Assembly: GCA_001600815.1 (NCBI GenBank)
Contig: BCKZ01000017.1
Coordinates: 98,390-162,389, forward strand
Reading direction: 5' to 3'
DNA: 64,000 nucleotides
From: Alloascoidea hylecoeti
Lineage: Eukaryota
The position numbers and the translations under genes were made by a program. Below, piece by piece: positions 11,504-23,549 of this stretch (position 1 is the first letter of the stretch; each line of letters begins with the position of its first letter). The notes below the pieces were generated by a model, which saw only the letters and a list, made by a program, of their open reading frames with translations, had not been told where the DNA came from and searched no databases.

Positions 11504-12320
11504 CTATTCAGCTTTTGTGTATCTCATCTTGTAGAACGAAATGAGCCTATTAATGTTCCCTTGGTTTTTAAATAAATCTGGAACTTTTAAATTAGAAATT
11601 CCAGCTTGTTCTCGCATCAAAATCCATTTGGAACAATGCAACACTTCATGATCGAAAGTTGGCTTATTCTCTCCGCAATGATCACACGGAATTGAACCCG
11701 ATGCCAGGCACATTTTCGTTTTATATTCGATCACGCCAGTACCACTTAGCAATTGCGAAATGGCAGAGCTAATCTGTTTGTCTAAATCACCAGTGAAGGC
11801 CAGTAGGGTTTCTTTACGTGATGTTGGAACTTTGAGTCTTTTTGATCGATTATATTTGTACAATTTAGGGATATTATTGGCTGAGAAAACCTGAATCCAT
11901 TTGATTTTCAACCATATCTCAACTTCCAAGCTAGTTGTTGTTGATTTAAGGTAGGAAACTTTATTTTTAAATAGTGCTTTATCCTGTGATTCAATGACGC
12001 GATTAGCGACTTTAAATTAATATCGTTTGTAGCCTGAAATTGTCTGAAAATTGGTTGTAGGTTAATTGATTGTTGATGATATTGAATTTCATTTTCCATT
12101 ACTTTTGTAATAGGATTAAAGCGCGGTAAATCCAACAGGCTTCTTCCCCGATTAATTAGATTACGGGCTTCAATTTTGAGATTTATTGGAGGTTCCCCCG
12201 TCTCGATATGGAGAAAAGTGATGGGAGTTGCTCTCAAAACCCCTAACACTAATCTTAAACACTTGTTCTGAATTATGTTTAATTTGGTTACATTTGTTTT
12301 TGTAAGGTTTTGGGAATCTA
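11504..12320 (-). mobile_element. 5'-truncated, frameshifted non-LTR retrotransposon (LINE) ORF2 C-terminal fragment
   Basis: Post-RT motif KLNIIQNKCLRLVLGVLRATPITFLHIETGEPPI (~12290-12185). After a frameshift at ~11910-11930, SQLLSGTG...CDHCGENKPTFDHEVLHC (C-x2-C-x8-H-x4-C knuckle), typical of LINE ORF2 ends. Confidence 0.8.
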
Positions 12321-12377
12321 ATTATAATTAATTTTGTAAGGTAAATATTTGGATATGTGATCAGTCGACATATAGCT

Positions 12378-12385
12378 CCGGGTAA
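12378..12385. promoter_or_regulatory. Reb1-type site CCGGGTAA
   Basis: Exact consensus ~70 bp upstream of ATG 12457. Confidence 0.55.
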
Positions 12386-12456
12386 CACTCAATGTTTATA
12401 TTTCGCGAAACCTCTGAAAATTACTGCTAATTTCAACATTTCGTATATTTGTTTAA

Positions 12457-14898
12457 ATGTCTGATGAAACTCCAATAAGATGGTCAACAGCTAAATGTCG
12501 AAGAGCAATTAGACCATTAAGCTCACGACTCAAAGCCTTTCACGATCAGATTAATACATATTCATCTGCGTACATAGATTCAAAACAGAATATCAAAATT
12601 GAAAATAAATGTTTCCCATGGGGTTCGAATACTAATCAAATTCATGAGGAAGAGGTAATTGGAAGAAATATATACGGCAAAAGGAAAAGGAGGAAAGATA
12701 ATTTTGCTAGTCATATTACTGTTAATAATGTTTTTTCACCTATTGTTGTAAATGTTGAGGAAAATAAAACGCGAAATAAAAGGGAAATCAATGAATTTGA
12801 TAAAACACCAATACATACCTATGATAATAAACGATTATCATTATTGAATCAAACTCCTTACAATCAGACTTGGAATTTTAATACGAATCAGCCATTAACT
12901 TCAGATCTTTTTTTATTCCACCAAAAGAAATGGGTTAGTGAAGAAGAAAGTGAAGGATATACAGAGATTTTCACATCATTCAAACGTTTTTTAGCATACA
13001 CATATAAAGGGTCAGCAATTAAATTAACTGAAAAATCGGCATTTCAAATTGGTCGATGTATCACATACACAGAAGATGATATAGAAGATGTAGATTGGTA
13101 TGAATATTCGGTTTTAATGTCACAATATAGACAATTTATTGTTTTAGGGCAAGGTATTGGATTAATTATAAAATATTCAAGTGATATTTTATCATTATTA
13201 CCTGTTTTGACTTTATATTGTTGTGAGATTAATGCAATCGAATTATCAAGATTAATGTTTGAATCTTACTTAAAATTAATTGATGATGAATTATTTTGGA
13301 TCGATTTTAAAATGATTATATATTTACAGGAAAGAACAAGAATGGATAAAAGTATTATATTACAAGCTTCTTGTGGAAAGATTAATTTACATCTTCATTC
13401 TCATTTAAATTTAAATTTAAATGGAAATGGAAATAGAAAAGATATTGAAAAAATAATTAATAATGAGAATTTTTATGATATTTTAAATTGGGATCTTGAT
13501 AATAAATGTGATTTTAAGTATCAAATCAATTTAATTCTTTTTTCAATTAAAGCTTTACATGATAATTATTTTAGTAAGAAAAGTAAATATCATAATAACG
13601 TCTTATCATCAACAGATTATGAAGAAAAACAAGAAAACATACATGGTATACTGGAAAGAACATTAAGAGTTTTCATTACATACTGTTCAAATGAATGGCT
13701 GAATCCATCTTTAAACAATAATGATATAATTAAAAAATCAATTAAAAGATTATTAAGTTATTTATCAAAAATTGCAGCATATGATTATTTTTCAAATTTA
13801 ATATCTGCATTTAAACTTTGCATCTATGGTATGAATTATATCATTAGGAGAAGATCGGACGATTTGTTTTTACATTCTTTACCAACACCATCAAATGCTA
13901 AAAATAATGATTCATTTGATACTGAAGAAAAACCAATAGATGATAGTATTGACTTAATTGAATTAATAATCTCATTCACGGGTAATAATTTAAGCGTTAT
14001 AAAATCAATTGTTGAGTTATTAATTTCTAATCATAACATACTGCTAGCATCGGCATTATCACAACAATTTATTAATAAATTTGGTAGTCTAGAATCAATC
14101 ACATGGCATGATAAAATTGAATCAAAAATCATTAAAGAATTAAATAAAAATAATGATAATGATAAATTGATCTTTTTGGAAAGTCTAGGAGCATGGATTG
14201 AGAAAAAGACCCCAATAAAGCCACGACATATTCTAAGGACAAGGAAAAGAAAATTAAGAAGCTTTAATGATAAAAATGATAATAATAATGACCCAAGGAG
14301 TAGCAGTAATAATGATGATGAGGATGATGATGATGATGATGATGATGAAGAAATTGGGAAACCGGTTATATTCAAGTTAAATACCACACCAAAACGTGTC
14401 ATGCTATCTCCTAAATCTGTTAAAAGATTAAAAGAGTTGTACTCTGCGCATATTACACCAAAAGTCAAAAGAATCAATCCAAATCGGGATGTAACCATAT
14501 TAAGTGGTACTAACGTTAGCACCACGACTACAACAACTGATAATGATCTTTTTTCAGATGGAGATAATACTGATGATGATGGATATTCAACTGCTCCTGA
14601 AACTCCTGAAGATTATCAAAGAACACTACAACATTCTTCCCAACATTTAGAATCTCCTTTAAACAATAAAATAACAAAATCATCAGTACAATCAAATTCA
14701 TTTTTGAACAAGAAAATAAATAAAGATGAAAATAATCATATTACGAGAAATATAAGGACAGCAAATATAAATCTAAAAGAAAGGTTTAATAATAAAAGTT
14801 TAGCGATTAAAAATGCAAAAGTATCTAAAAGATTTACTAAAAAGCTGATAAAAAAATTAAGGAAAAATGCTGGTAATGATGATGGATCTATTATATAG
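12457..14898 (+). CDS. Uncharacterised 813-aa protein with acidic/basic low-complexity C-terminus
   Basis: Long uninterrupted ORF with a Reb1-type site upstream. The N-terminal WSTAKCRRAIRPLSSRL resembles a motif I recall from uncharacterised fungal proteins. Basic NLS-like clusters (KRKRRK, RTRKRKLR) and several S/T-P-x-K/R sites. Confidence 0.85.
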   Translation: MSDETPIRWSTAKCRRAIRPLSSRLKAFHDQINTYSSAYIDSKQNIKIENKCFPWGSNTNQIHEEEVIGRNIYGKRKRRKDNFASHITVNNVFSPIVVNVEENKTRNKREINEFDKTPIHTYDNKRLSLLNQTPYNQTWNFNTNQPLTSDLFLFHQKKWVSEEESEGYTEIFTSFKRFLAYTYKGSAIKLTEKSAFQIGRCITYTEDDIEDVDWYEYSVLMSQYRQFIVLGQGIGLIIKYSSDILSLLPVLTLYCCEINAIELSRLMFESYLKLIDDELFWIDFKMIIYLQERTRMDKSIILQASCGKINLHLHSHLNLNLNGNGNRKDIEKIINNENFYDILNWDLDNKCDFKYQINLILFSIKALHDNYFSKKSKYHNNVLSSTDYEEKQENIHGILERTLRVFITYCSNEWLNPSLNNNDIIKKSIKRLLSYLSKIAAYDYFSNLISAFKLCIYGMNYIIRRRSDDLFLHSLPTPSNAKNNDSFDTEEKPIDDSIDLIELIISFTGNNLSVIKSIVELLISNHNILLASALSQQFINKFGSLESITWHDKIESKIIKELNKNNDNDKLIFLESLGAWIEKKTPIKPRHILRTRKRKLRSFNDKNDNNNDPRSSSNNDDEDDDDDDDDEEIGKPVIFKLNTTPKRVMLSPKSVKRLKELYSAHITPKVKRINPNRDVTILSGTNVSTTTTTTDNDLFSDGDNTDDDGYSTAPETPEDYQRTLQHSSQHLESPLNNKITKSSVQSNSFLNKKINKDENNHITRNIRTANINLKERFNNKSLAIKNAKVSKRFTKKLIKKLRKNAGNDDGSII

Positions 14899-15417
14899 AA
14901 TATAAATATATATATATATAGGTCGTTGAGAAATTAAACTGTATAAATTTTAATTCTGATATCAAACGTTAAGGATGATTATAGAGATTTAAAAATATAA
15001 TATTGATGCTGTTTTATGGATATCTTTACCGAGAGTATGATATACTTATATATTATGAGTGAATTTTAATAAAATTTTGAAAACTAAAGCTAAATGGTGA
15101 AATAGATTTTTTATTTATAATTAGCTCCCAAAATTTTATTAATTTAATTATTTCCTACTAGGTCGGAATATGAGGAAGTAGCTAGTTGCTAATACAACAG
15201 CTGTGAGTACTTTCTGAGGCATTCACATCAAACAGTGTCTGACATTCTAAATATGGATAAGAGTATAAAATGAGAAAAGTAAATATTGTAAAATAAGACT
15301 TCAAAAATAGATTGATTTCATTATGTCGGGAAATTTTCATATAATCTGAAATACCTCCTATTAATCAGCAAATCAGTATATGTATATAACAAATATTAAA
15401 ACATTTACTATGCTCTA

Positions 15418-15704
15418 GAGTTGCGCTCGGGCGAAAACTCGGGTATTTCAGAGATACCCCCGAGTCTGAGTCCGATACTTCCGTATACCCAAATATCACC
15501 TGATATATTTTCACTTCATGAAATCCTGAAAATTTACCTACCACTCTATAATTACATAATTTCACCTACCATTATTACATAATCGTTTAAAAAATTAGAA
15601 CCCCGAGTTCCAGTCCGAGTTTTGGAAAGTCAAAATTTTCGCCACCGAGTTTGAAAACTCGTGGTCGACTAGTTTGAAAATTTTCTCGGACCCGATTGTA
15701 ACTC
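15418..15704. mobile_element. Non-autonomous DNA transposon (MITE, probably Mutator-like), ~287 bp
   Basis: Flanked by the exact 9-bp direct repeat TATGCTCTA (15409-15417 and 15705-15713). Imperfect TIRs GAGTTGCGCTCGGG / CCCGATTGTAACTC match 11/14. Multiple internal CCGAGT/ACTCGG motifs lie near both ends. Confidence 0.75.
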
Positions 15705-15829
15705 TATGCTCTAAAATATACAGAAATAGGCATAGATAAATTTTATTTTATTGACTAGCCTTCCTCCCCTAAAAGCCGGGAGGGTTGTAAGCTTAAGAAT
15801 TCCAATGTCACATGACTTGAATAATATGG

Positions 15830-15837
15830 TTACCCGG
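15830..15837. promoter_or_regulatory. Reb1-type site TTACCCGG upstream of MRPL28
   Basis: Exact consensus ~67 bp upstream of ATG 15904; an E-box-like GTCACATGAC lies ~20 bp upstream of it. Confidence 0.55.
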
Positions 15838-15903
15838 TCTAAGGTTTGTAAAAATTACCTCCATCAAAGTGAAATCTTCAATTTTATTTCAGCGAAAAAC
15901 AAC

Positions 15904-16577
15904 ATGAATATAAATATTTTCCGGTTGAAGCCTGTAACTAACAGTTTACAAGGAATAAATAACACCAATGGGGTTATTTCTGGAAATTTTTTGAAAGCTG
16001 GAAATAGTCTTATTATTGCCCGAGGTAAAAGAACTAGTGGTTTAAATGGAGCTGCTGCGTCAAAAGCAGGTAAGTGTTTTGATGATTTGTCAATATGAAA
16101 ATGAAAGAAGAATTGTTATTAATAATTTTGATGTATCTTTCAGTTACACTTCTTAGTGTTATCAGTGCACACAAGATGATTCCTCGTCGTATTAAGTTAA
16201 GTTTCGAGGATCAAATTAGATATCAATCAATTCATAAAGCATGGTGTTTATATCAAGAAAAGAAACGTAATTTAAGAAATTTTAATTTAAAGAAACAATA
16301 TGTTAGTGCACAGGAAGCATGTGATGATTTAGAATCATTAAGTCTTAATGAAGGTATAGATGAAAAGGGAGGTTTCGCCTTTTTATACCATTCTGCTACT
16401 GTCACTGAAAGAGGGAAAAGATTTCCATTGGATATGAAAATTCCAACAGAAACGCCGCCAACTAGAATTTGGAATGATAGTTGGAAACCTCAAACTGAAG
16501 AAGGGCAAGATCCAAAGTCAGGTGTTAGAGAAATAGAAACAAATAAAGAAACGGTAAAAGAAACGGCAACGGACTAA
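15904..16577 (+). CDS. MRPL28: Mitochondrial large-subunit ribosomal protein mL40; exons 15904-16069 and 16144-16577
   Basis: Presequence-like exon 1 ending RGKRTSGLNGAAASKA; 74-nt intron GTAAGT...CAG (16070-16143). Exon 2 VTLLSVISAHKMIPRRIKLSFEDQIRYQSIHKAW...ERGKRFPLDMKIPTETPP matches Mrpl28. Confidence 0.85.
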
Positions 16578-16950
16578 ACGAAATAGTATGAAAGGGTTTG
16601 AAAGGTTCAGCTAGATCGCATTTGTATATAACATATCAATAATTGTAAATACAGGCTTGATGCTTTCAAATTTAAAGATATATCTTTAATTCATTGTAAG
16701 CTTAGAAGTGTGAAATTTCAATGCTTTGTAAAGCTTAACTTGCAATTCTTTTGCGAACTTTTGATTAGAATTCTACTGATAGCCGTATATGTATAACTAT
16801 GATGATATAGTGATTATCATTGATATCTCTGACTAAAATTAATAAATCACCACAGATAAGAAATTTTTAAATAAAATAAAATAAAAATGTACAATTCAAA
16901 AAAACATCTAAATCTGTATATAATATATATGTCCATACAAAAATGAAAAG

Positions 16951-18612
16951 CTACCATAATCTATTAATCAATCTAATAAGCCAATTGCGATGAATATCAA
17001 CTTCATTATCGCTGTGGTCTGTAAGGTCATTGTGAGACCTATTTGTCTTTTTGTGTTCAATGTTTGGTAACCATAACCAAAAGACCAGCATTACAGAAAC
17101 CAAAGCAATTACAATTGGATGAACAACAAAAGTTCCAAAAAATTGTGATATCAGACCAATCAGAAAAGGAAACAACGCACCTCCAAAAGAACCAAAAGCT
17201 GTCATCATAGTCAATGAAACAAGTTCAATTCTGCTAGGTATCATACGGACTACCAATGAAATCATTAATGGATAGATCGGCCCAACACAGACTCCAACTA
17301 ATGAAGCAGTTACCGCAGCTGAAATTATATTTGGGATCAACCACGTTAATAATTCAAGAGCTATAATTCCAAATATTAGAACAATTATGGGTCTTCTTAA
17401 CCCCAACTTAGATAGTGGTGTAGTAAGTACAAATCTTCCAAAAGTAAGACCTCCCCAGAATCCAGAAGAAACATAACCAACAGCAGATGCTTTACCATCA
17501 CGGTAATCAATTAAAAATGTATCTATCCAACCACCAAGGCCAACCTCTTGGCCTTGATAAACAAAAACAAAAAGACAAATACACCATATTTTCCAAGATC
17601 CAACGGCCTGCCGTAGTTCACCTTTTCGATTCTTAACGACAAGTGATTCTTCATCTGTTGTTATTTCATGCTCTTGTGCCATTGTCTCCATAGTTTCATT
17701 GGAGTCCTTTTTCCTTAAAAATGGTATACAATCATCACAATTTTTAAAACTCCAGAAATTGAATGTTAAATTGATAATCTGTAAAGCTAGTAAAATAAAA
17801 TAAAAATAAGACCATTTAACACCTTTTGAACACATCGTTGTTGCTGCAATAGGTGATAAAGTTGCACCAAGACCATAAGAGCCATGGAAATAACCAAGAT
17901 ATTTACTTGATTCTTCAAATGATGAAACGAAAATATTAAGCTGTGTATAACTTGTTGCAATACCTAAACCGCCAATGAAAAATGCGACAACCATTACTGG
18001 GAATGGAGGTGAGCAGCATATAATTATAAACATAATTATGCTAAATATTATTCCATAAGTTATCATTTTCCGTCTTCCTAATTTTCTATATAGTATTTGA
18101 CTTGTGAAAGCAATACATAAGAACCCGATTGCATTTCCTAGCCAAATAAGAGATACTATAGAATAAGTAATGTTATAATATTCTTCAATATATGGAATCA
18201 TAGCACCAAGACTGCCATCACTAAAACCACCTGCAAATTGCCATATACAAGCACTGATTAGTCTGAATTTATTTCTTGGAGGTTTGTTTAAAGTCAATCC
18301 GTTGTGAATGCTCTCTAGATCTGAATCTGTAGGTATTTGCCTATCATTATTTTCGCCTTCTACTGAACTTGAGTTTGAGGAAAAAGATATTACTGATGAA
18401 ACTGAACGAACTTGTGTTAGCGATGGCGCTTTATCAAGTTTTTCATTCAATTGTGGTAATGTGTCTGTTAATTTTTTTTCAAAATTAGAGTTGACTTCAG
18501 TGCTGACACTATTTTGCAATTGATGGGCTGCAATAGAGCTTTTTTTCTCATCTGAAGAACCAGTTATGCATATTGAAGACTGTTCCACGACTGAATTAAT
18601 AGAGGCGGGCAT
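16951..18612 (-). CDS. Major facilitator superfamily transporter (Bsc6/fucose-permease-like), 553 aa
   Basis: About 12 hydrophobic segments; motifs GFSDGSLGAMIPYIE, GYFHGSYGLGATLSP, YQGQEVGLGGWI, SGFWGGLTFGR. Confidence 0.88.
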   Translation of the reverse strand: MPASINSVVEQSSICITGSSDEKKSSIAAHQLQNSVSTEVNSNFEKKLTDTLPQLNEKLDKAPSLTQVRSVSSVISFSSNSSSVEGENNDRQIPTDSDLESIHNGLTLNKPPRNKFRLISACIWQFAGGFSDGSLGAMIPYIEEYYNITYSIVSLIWLGNAIGFLCIAFTSQILYRKLGRRKMITYGIIFSIIMFIIICCSPPFPVMVVAFFIGGLGIATSYTQLNIFVSSFEESSKYLGYFHGSYGLGATLSPIAATTMCSKGVKWSYFYFILLALQIINLTFNFWSFKNCDDCIPFLRKKDSNETMETMAQEHEITTDEESLVVKNRKGELRQAVGSWKIWCICLFVFVYQGQEVGLGGWIDTFLIDYRDGKASAVGYVSSGFWGGLTFGRFVLTTPLSKLGLRRPIIVLIFGIIALELLTWLIPNIISAAVTASLVGVCVGPIYPLMISLVVRMIPSRIELVSLTMMTAFGSFGGALFPFLIGLISQFFGTFVVHPIVIALVSVMLVFWLWLPNIEHKKTNRSHNDLTDHSDNEVDIHRNWLIRLINRLW

Positions 18613-21073
18613 GATTAATATCAGTACTACTGCTGCAATTGAAGAACAAAAATGGTTTGTATATTTAATGAGAAAACTATGTAGGCTTTTATAATCTATC
18701 TTGTAAAATAAAAGCTTTTTTCAATTTGCGACTTTTGTTGGCAGCGGCAATTTTATCCTTTCGCCTAACATGCATAATATTGAAAATGGATCATACAATT
18801 AAAATTTTAGAAACTGTAATTACAACGTTAATATTCCAGTTTTTTTGTAATATTTTCAACGGAAAAATAATAGATCAGTTAATCCCTGCAGAATATTAGC
18901 ATACATCAATATATTTCAGGATGGATTGCCAGAAATATCCAAAAAATAATGAGACTACCACCGGAAACAGTACTACAACTGTCATTATAACCGCTTTCTT
19001 TTCTTAAAAATTTAAATTCCTGATTTAATTTTTCATAAAGAACAATAATTTAATACTAGCCAGCTTTATCAGTATACATAAATTTCAAACGTTTTCATAA
19101 AAAGAGAAAAGTACATGTAAAGTTAATTTAAATTTCAAAAAACAACTACAGATTGCTTATAATTAATTCATTATCTCTTATTTTTCCAATAACGATTCAC
19201 ATTCCACCTAGAACCATCATAATCATAATTAATATGCGATTCTAGCCAGAAATATGTAGTGCAATTGCAATTACAATTGATATCTTTTTTTCTTTTTCCT
19301 TTAAATTTCATTCGATAAAAAGACGCTTTTTATAATAAACTATATAATATCATCATTTTAGAGATGTTCAAACGATCTTCTTCAACAATTAATACATTCT
19401 CACTATCCCAATATAAATTTCTCATCCGCATACATTAAGATTAATGTCAACAATGGATATCATTTATTACAAATAAGAAGTCATATTTTTCAGATCTAGA
19501 ACGCTATTTTAGTTAGTGTATTCTTCTTTTTGCAAAGTTCTAGACTTCTACAAGTTTTGGCTAACTACGTATTTATGATCACAATTATAGTATATATAAG
19601 AACACTAATTTCAATTAATATTCATTACAGCGATAAATAAACATTGCTTAAGCTTTCTTCTATGATATCTCATTATAGTATATTCTGTTGTATAAATTCG
19701 AATTCATCAATTCTTCATAAACCTAGGCCTATATTATAATGAAACAGTTTAAAGATTTTCTTTGTTAACGTTGCAATTGTGCATTGGTTTATTTTATCAG
19801 TCAATAAAATGATAAAATGAATGAAGGGCAAAAAGACAATATTAATAATATTTAAACGTATATGTTTCTACTTAATTTAGGCCACCTCTTAATCGGTCAT
19901 GTGATGACTAAAATATATAATTCTGCTAAACAATCGGCCATATGATAAACTAATATTCAGTCAAGTTGTGGAATAATTATCGACCAGGTATACCAACTGC
20001 AAATATTCGAATTCGGCTTAGTCTTGTCTTCTTTCGAGTGATTTTATTTTAAATTTGGTGGTGGCCACAGCCTGCTGCTGTCTTTTTCAAGTTGATAGGG
20101 ACCATTATTACCTGTTAGTTTTATTGATTCTGTTGTTCTGAAGTTGACACCATCTGGCCAAGCAATAGTACACCACATAGCTGAATATTTAGTTCAAAAT
20201 AAGGGGAATATTTTTTCCTTCATATGACCGGATATTAAAAAATTAAGCCGTATGTTGGAATAATTATAATATTAATACTTGTAATGCAAGGATACTTTAG
20301 ATTCGTAAATGTCTAATTAGCCGCACATAGAGCTTGATCTCAACATAGTGTTTCAACATTTTTACACCCTTGGATATTAATCCAGTCACAGATAACACAT
20401 GTTTTATTAAAGTAGAGAACAACTTTATATGGAAGAAAAATAAAGGCCCAGATCTTTCCTCCTGATTATGTCGCTTACAGCATATTAAGATGAAATTAAA
20501 TAATATCTAGATCTTAAAAAGTAGATTTTGCGAAAGTCTATTAACTTCTTTTTTTGAAACTGGGCATATGAAAAATTGAAATGATAGGTTTATATATATG
20601 CACATCTGATATTTTAGTCTTTATAGATAACTGAGTTATTTCTCACTTTACTGGATTTAGAGAATAATTTCACGTATAATATATCATTACTAATCAAACC
20701 TAATGTTCAGTTCAAGCCCAGATTCAACAATTAGGTCTAAAATACAACTACATAAAGAGCTTTTGTTACCAGTAGTAATTACTAGTACTTATATCTTAAA
20801 ATGTCCCATATATCAAATTAATTAAAGATCAATTACACATTATCTATAGCAGTCTCTATATATTGTTATTATATTTTAGCTACATGTCGTTGAAACCATA
20901 GGCTATAGGCATTAACCCTCGTCATCTCATACTTTTAAATCATTAGTTAAAGAAAAAAATTAGATATTAATATCCAATCACAATTGACCAATCAAACCCC
21001 TTTGCAATATAACTCTATTACTCCAATGTTACAAATAATAAATAATAGTTTGTGACTGTGTTATTTTTAGAGG

Positions 21074-22570
21074 TTATTCTTCTTCCTCTGGCTCAGGTTC
21101 ATCAAATCTTCTTCTTCGAACATTTGCAATCCATCTTCTTCTCCTCCATTCACCTTTAATACTATTACAACAATCATAAATCCATTTTTCATCAACATTT
21201 TCATCTATATTTTCGTCCAAAGCTACAAATTCTAAAGCAGCTTCATTAATGTAAATGTCAGGTCTTAAATCAATTTTCCATATTGTAGAAATGTCTTCAT
21301 GATGTTCATCTGATGAGTTAGATTTACTGGTATGATGCGATAGTTGATGATGAGGAGGATAACTACTACTACTGTTAACAAAGACATATTCTTCTGGTGC
21401 TCTTACATTCTCCAGATGATGAACACCAATAGGACCTTTTGACACACTATCCAATCGTGATGGCTTTAATAAGGTGAAAGAATCTGGTGAAAAACAATAA
21501 AGATCCCATGTTTTTAAATCTTTATCATAATGAGATATTTCAAAGATTTCAACTTCATGAATATCAGCCTGATAATCAACAGGAAATTGGTTATTTGAAA
21601 AGTTTTGTAATGATTTAATGAATTCATCAATTTTTGGATGAAAAGACGATAATAATGTTAAACTTATTGGTTTAATAGTAGGATGAAAAGAAAGTGTAAT
21701 GGTCCAGCCAAGTAAAACTAAAACAGGACCCCATGGAATAAATGGGATCATATATGGAGATAAATAAATTGAAAGTAAAACAAAAAGTATCAACCCTAAG
21801 AAAACCAGAGAAGAACAAGATTCATTTTCCCAATAAGCGAAACGAGACATGATATCTAAGATTTTATCATAAGTGAAGGTATATAAACCCATTCTGTTTT
21901 GAAGATCAACAAGATTCATGTAGAACTCCCTGCTTAATTCTGGAGCTGCTTTAGGTGTAGCTGGAGGATTTAATGGTTCTTTGCTAGGTTCGACGATATT
22001 CAATGCAATTGAACTGTTATCGTCATCGTAAGGGATTATTGAAGAAGGATGCCGTTTCATATAGGAGGGTGTCATAACACATAAAACAAGAAATACGATC
22101 GGAAGAGTAGGTAACACATAAGGATTTAGCACAACTAAGGTGTAGAGCAGTAAAATTGATAGAGAAAGAGTTGGTTTGTGCCATGTCATTACCTGCACAA
22201 TGAAGTCTATAGTCTCAAATGGAAAAGCTGTTCTTGCGTTCAAAGCAACAAAATTGCGGCTCATGAGCCCAACGCTGAAAGGCGGTCGAGTTTTCTGTCT
22301 TTCCAAACGCATTCGTAGAGCTGGTTCATGAATATTAGGTAGAGAGTTATTAGGGGCAGATATCGGAAGTGCCAAATCCAGAACCCTTTCCATCAATTTT
22401 TCAGCATAACCGTTCATTGTGGCCGCAGAAGCACGGGCCGCTAGGGACGAACCATGGGTTGCACTGGGCGATGAGCCGTACGAGGGAGCTGCTGATGAAG
22501 CACTGCTGGCTCCAACGGCAACTGAGCTATCTGAGGCATAGCTCATCAGATAAGAAGAAACCGCGTCCAT
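21074..22570 (-). CDS. Pex24/Pex28/Pex29-family ER-peroxisome membrane protein
   Basis: FSVGLMSRNFVALNAR, PELSREFYMNLVDLQNRM, hydrophobic reticulon-like segments and a DysF-like C-terminus (VEIFE...WIYD...WRRRRW). Start placed at ATG 22570. Confidence 0.85.
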   Translation of the reverse strand: MDAVSSYLMSYASDSSVAVGASSASSAAPSYGSSPSATHGSSLAARASAATMNGYAEKLMERVLDLALPISAPNNSLPNIHEPALRMRLERQKTRPPFSVGLMSRNFVALNARTAFPFETIDFIVQVMTWHKPTLSLSILLLYTLVVLNPYVLPTLPIVFLVLCVMTPSYMKRHPSSIIPYDDDNSSIALNIVEPSKEPLNPPATPKAAPELSREFYMNLVDLQNRMGLYTFTYDKILDIMSRFAYWENESCSSLVFLGLILFVLLSIYLSPYMIPFIPWGPVLVLLGWTITLSFHPTIKPISLTLLSSFHPKIDEFIKSLQNFSNNQFPVDYQADIHEVEIFEISHYDKDLKTWDLYCFSPDSFTLLKPSRLDSVSKGPIGVHHLENVRAPEEYVFVNSSSSYPPHHQLSHHTSKSNSSDEHHEDISTIWKIDLRPDIYINEAALEFVALDENIDENVDEKWIYDCCNSIKGEWRRRRWIANVRRRRFDEPEPEEEE

Positions 22571-23549
22571 AGAAGTTGAATGGAGTTTGGTTTTGATGGG
22601 TTTATGATTATATAATTTATATTCAAACCACCCAAACACCCAAATTCAAACAATGATTATAAATGTCAGCCTTACTAATACACTTTGAGGGGGACATCGA
22701 TTAATAGAATGAATAATATGAGTATGAATAATAAATAAATATATTTCATATGCAATTTAATATTTTTGAAATAACCCCTAATAAGTAATTATAATATCTT
22801 ATACTATTATTAACTATGGTGAATCGCTGGTGATGGCAGTCTACTACTATGGTAGAAATACTAGAAACGGATTTCCGATACGAGATCATGATAAACTATT
22901 CAAATGCATAAAACCACAATTAGCTAGCTAGCATCTAGGCCTCGTATCGCAATGCTCTAATTTATATCTTGCTATCGATGTCTCATGTTCATGGAAATGT
23001 TGTTTTAAAAAATGAAAGTTAATCTGGTAAGGATATAATAATGCAATTTGCATACCAAATATAAACTTATATGATTACAGAGAAACACATTACTTTAGGT
23101 AAAGGCTCAGCAATCTTTTCGTAACTAATTTCGTGATGTTTTCATTTGATATTTATGGAATGGGAATGAATGTCTTGCTTCATTATACTGAAAGTGAAAG
23201 GTTTGTGCGGTGTTATCGAAGTTTGTTCCCATAACATTGCAAAATGTTGTCCAATGTACCAAATTAATGTGTTTAACTGTAATCCTCTAATTATTATGTA
23301 CTCGATCATACTAAATTCGTATGTTATAACCAAAAATAATAGTGGAAAGTTGCAAACGTCTTATAAAGCCAAGTGAAAATACTTTCTCGAAGCATCAACA
23401 CAAAAGTTCTGGTCAAATTTTCGCGAACGCTAGTTCTAAAGCTAGCGCTAAGTGAATCTGATCATCATGATGATTTGAATATGACAAACTAATTGATCAG
23501 AAGAGATTATACACTAATATACAGACATGTAATACATTTGTCTGAAGAA

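Noticed and set aside
10960..12390. Fanzor/TnpB nuclease associated with the Tc1/LINE cluster
   Set aside because: No RuvC motifs or CxxC...CxxC finger; the Cys/His pattern present is the LINE CCHC knuckle.
18700..21000. Long intergenic region with short coding-like stretches (e.g. ~20050-20200, minus strand)
   Set aside because: No ORF of 60 aa or more and no identifiable motif; cannot be supported as a relic without a search.
23467..23545. Possible C/D-box snoRNA (ATGATGA...CTGA, ~80 nt)
   Set aside because: No terminal stem or rRNA-complementary guide that I can recognise; such boxes arise by chance in AT-rich DNA.
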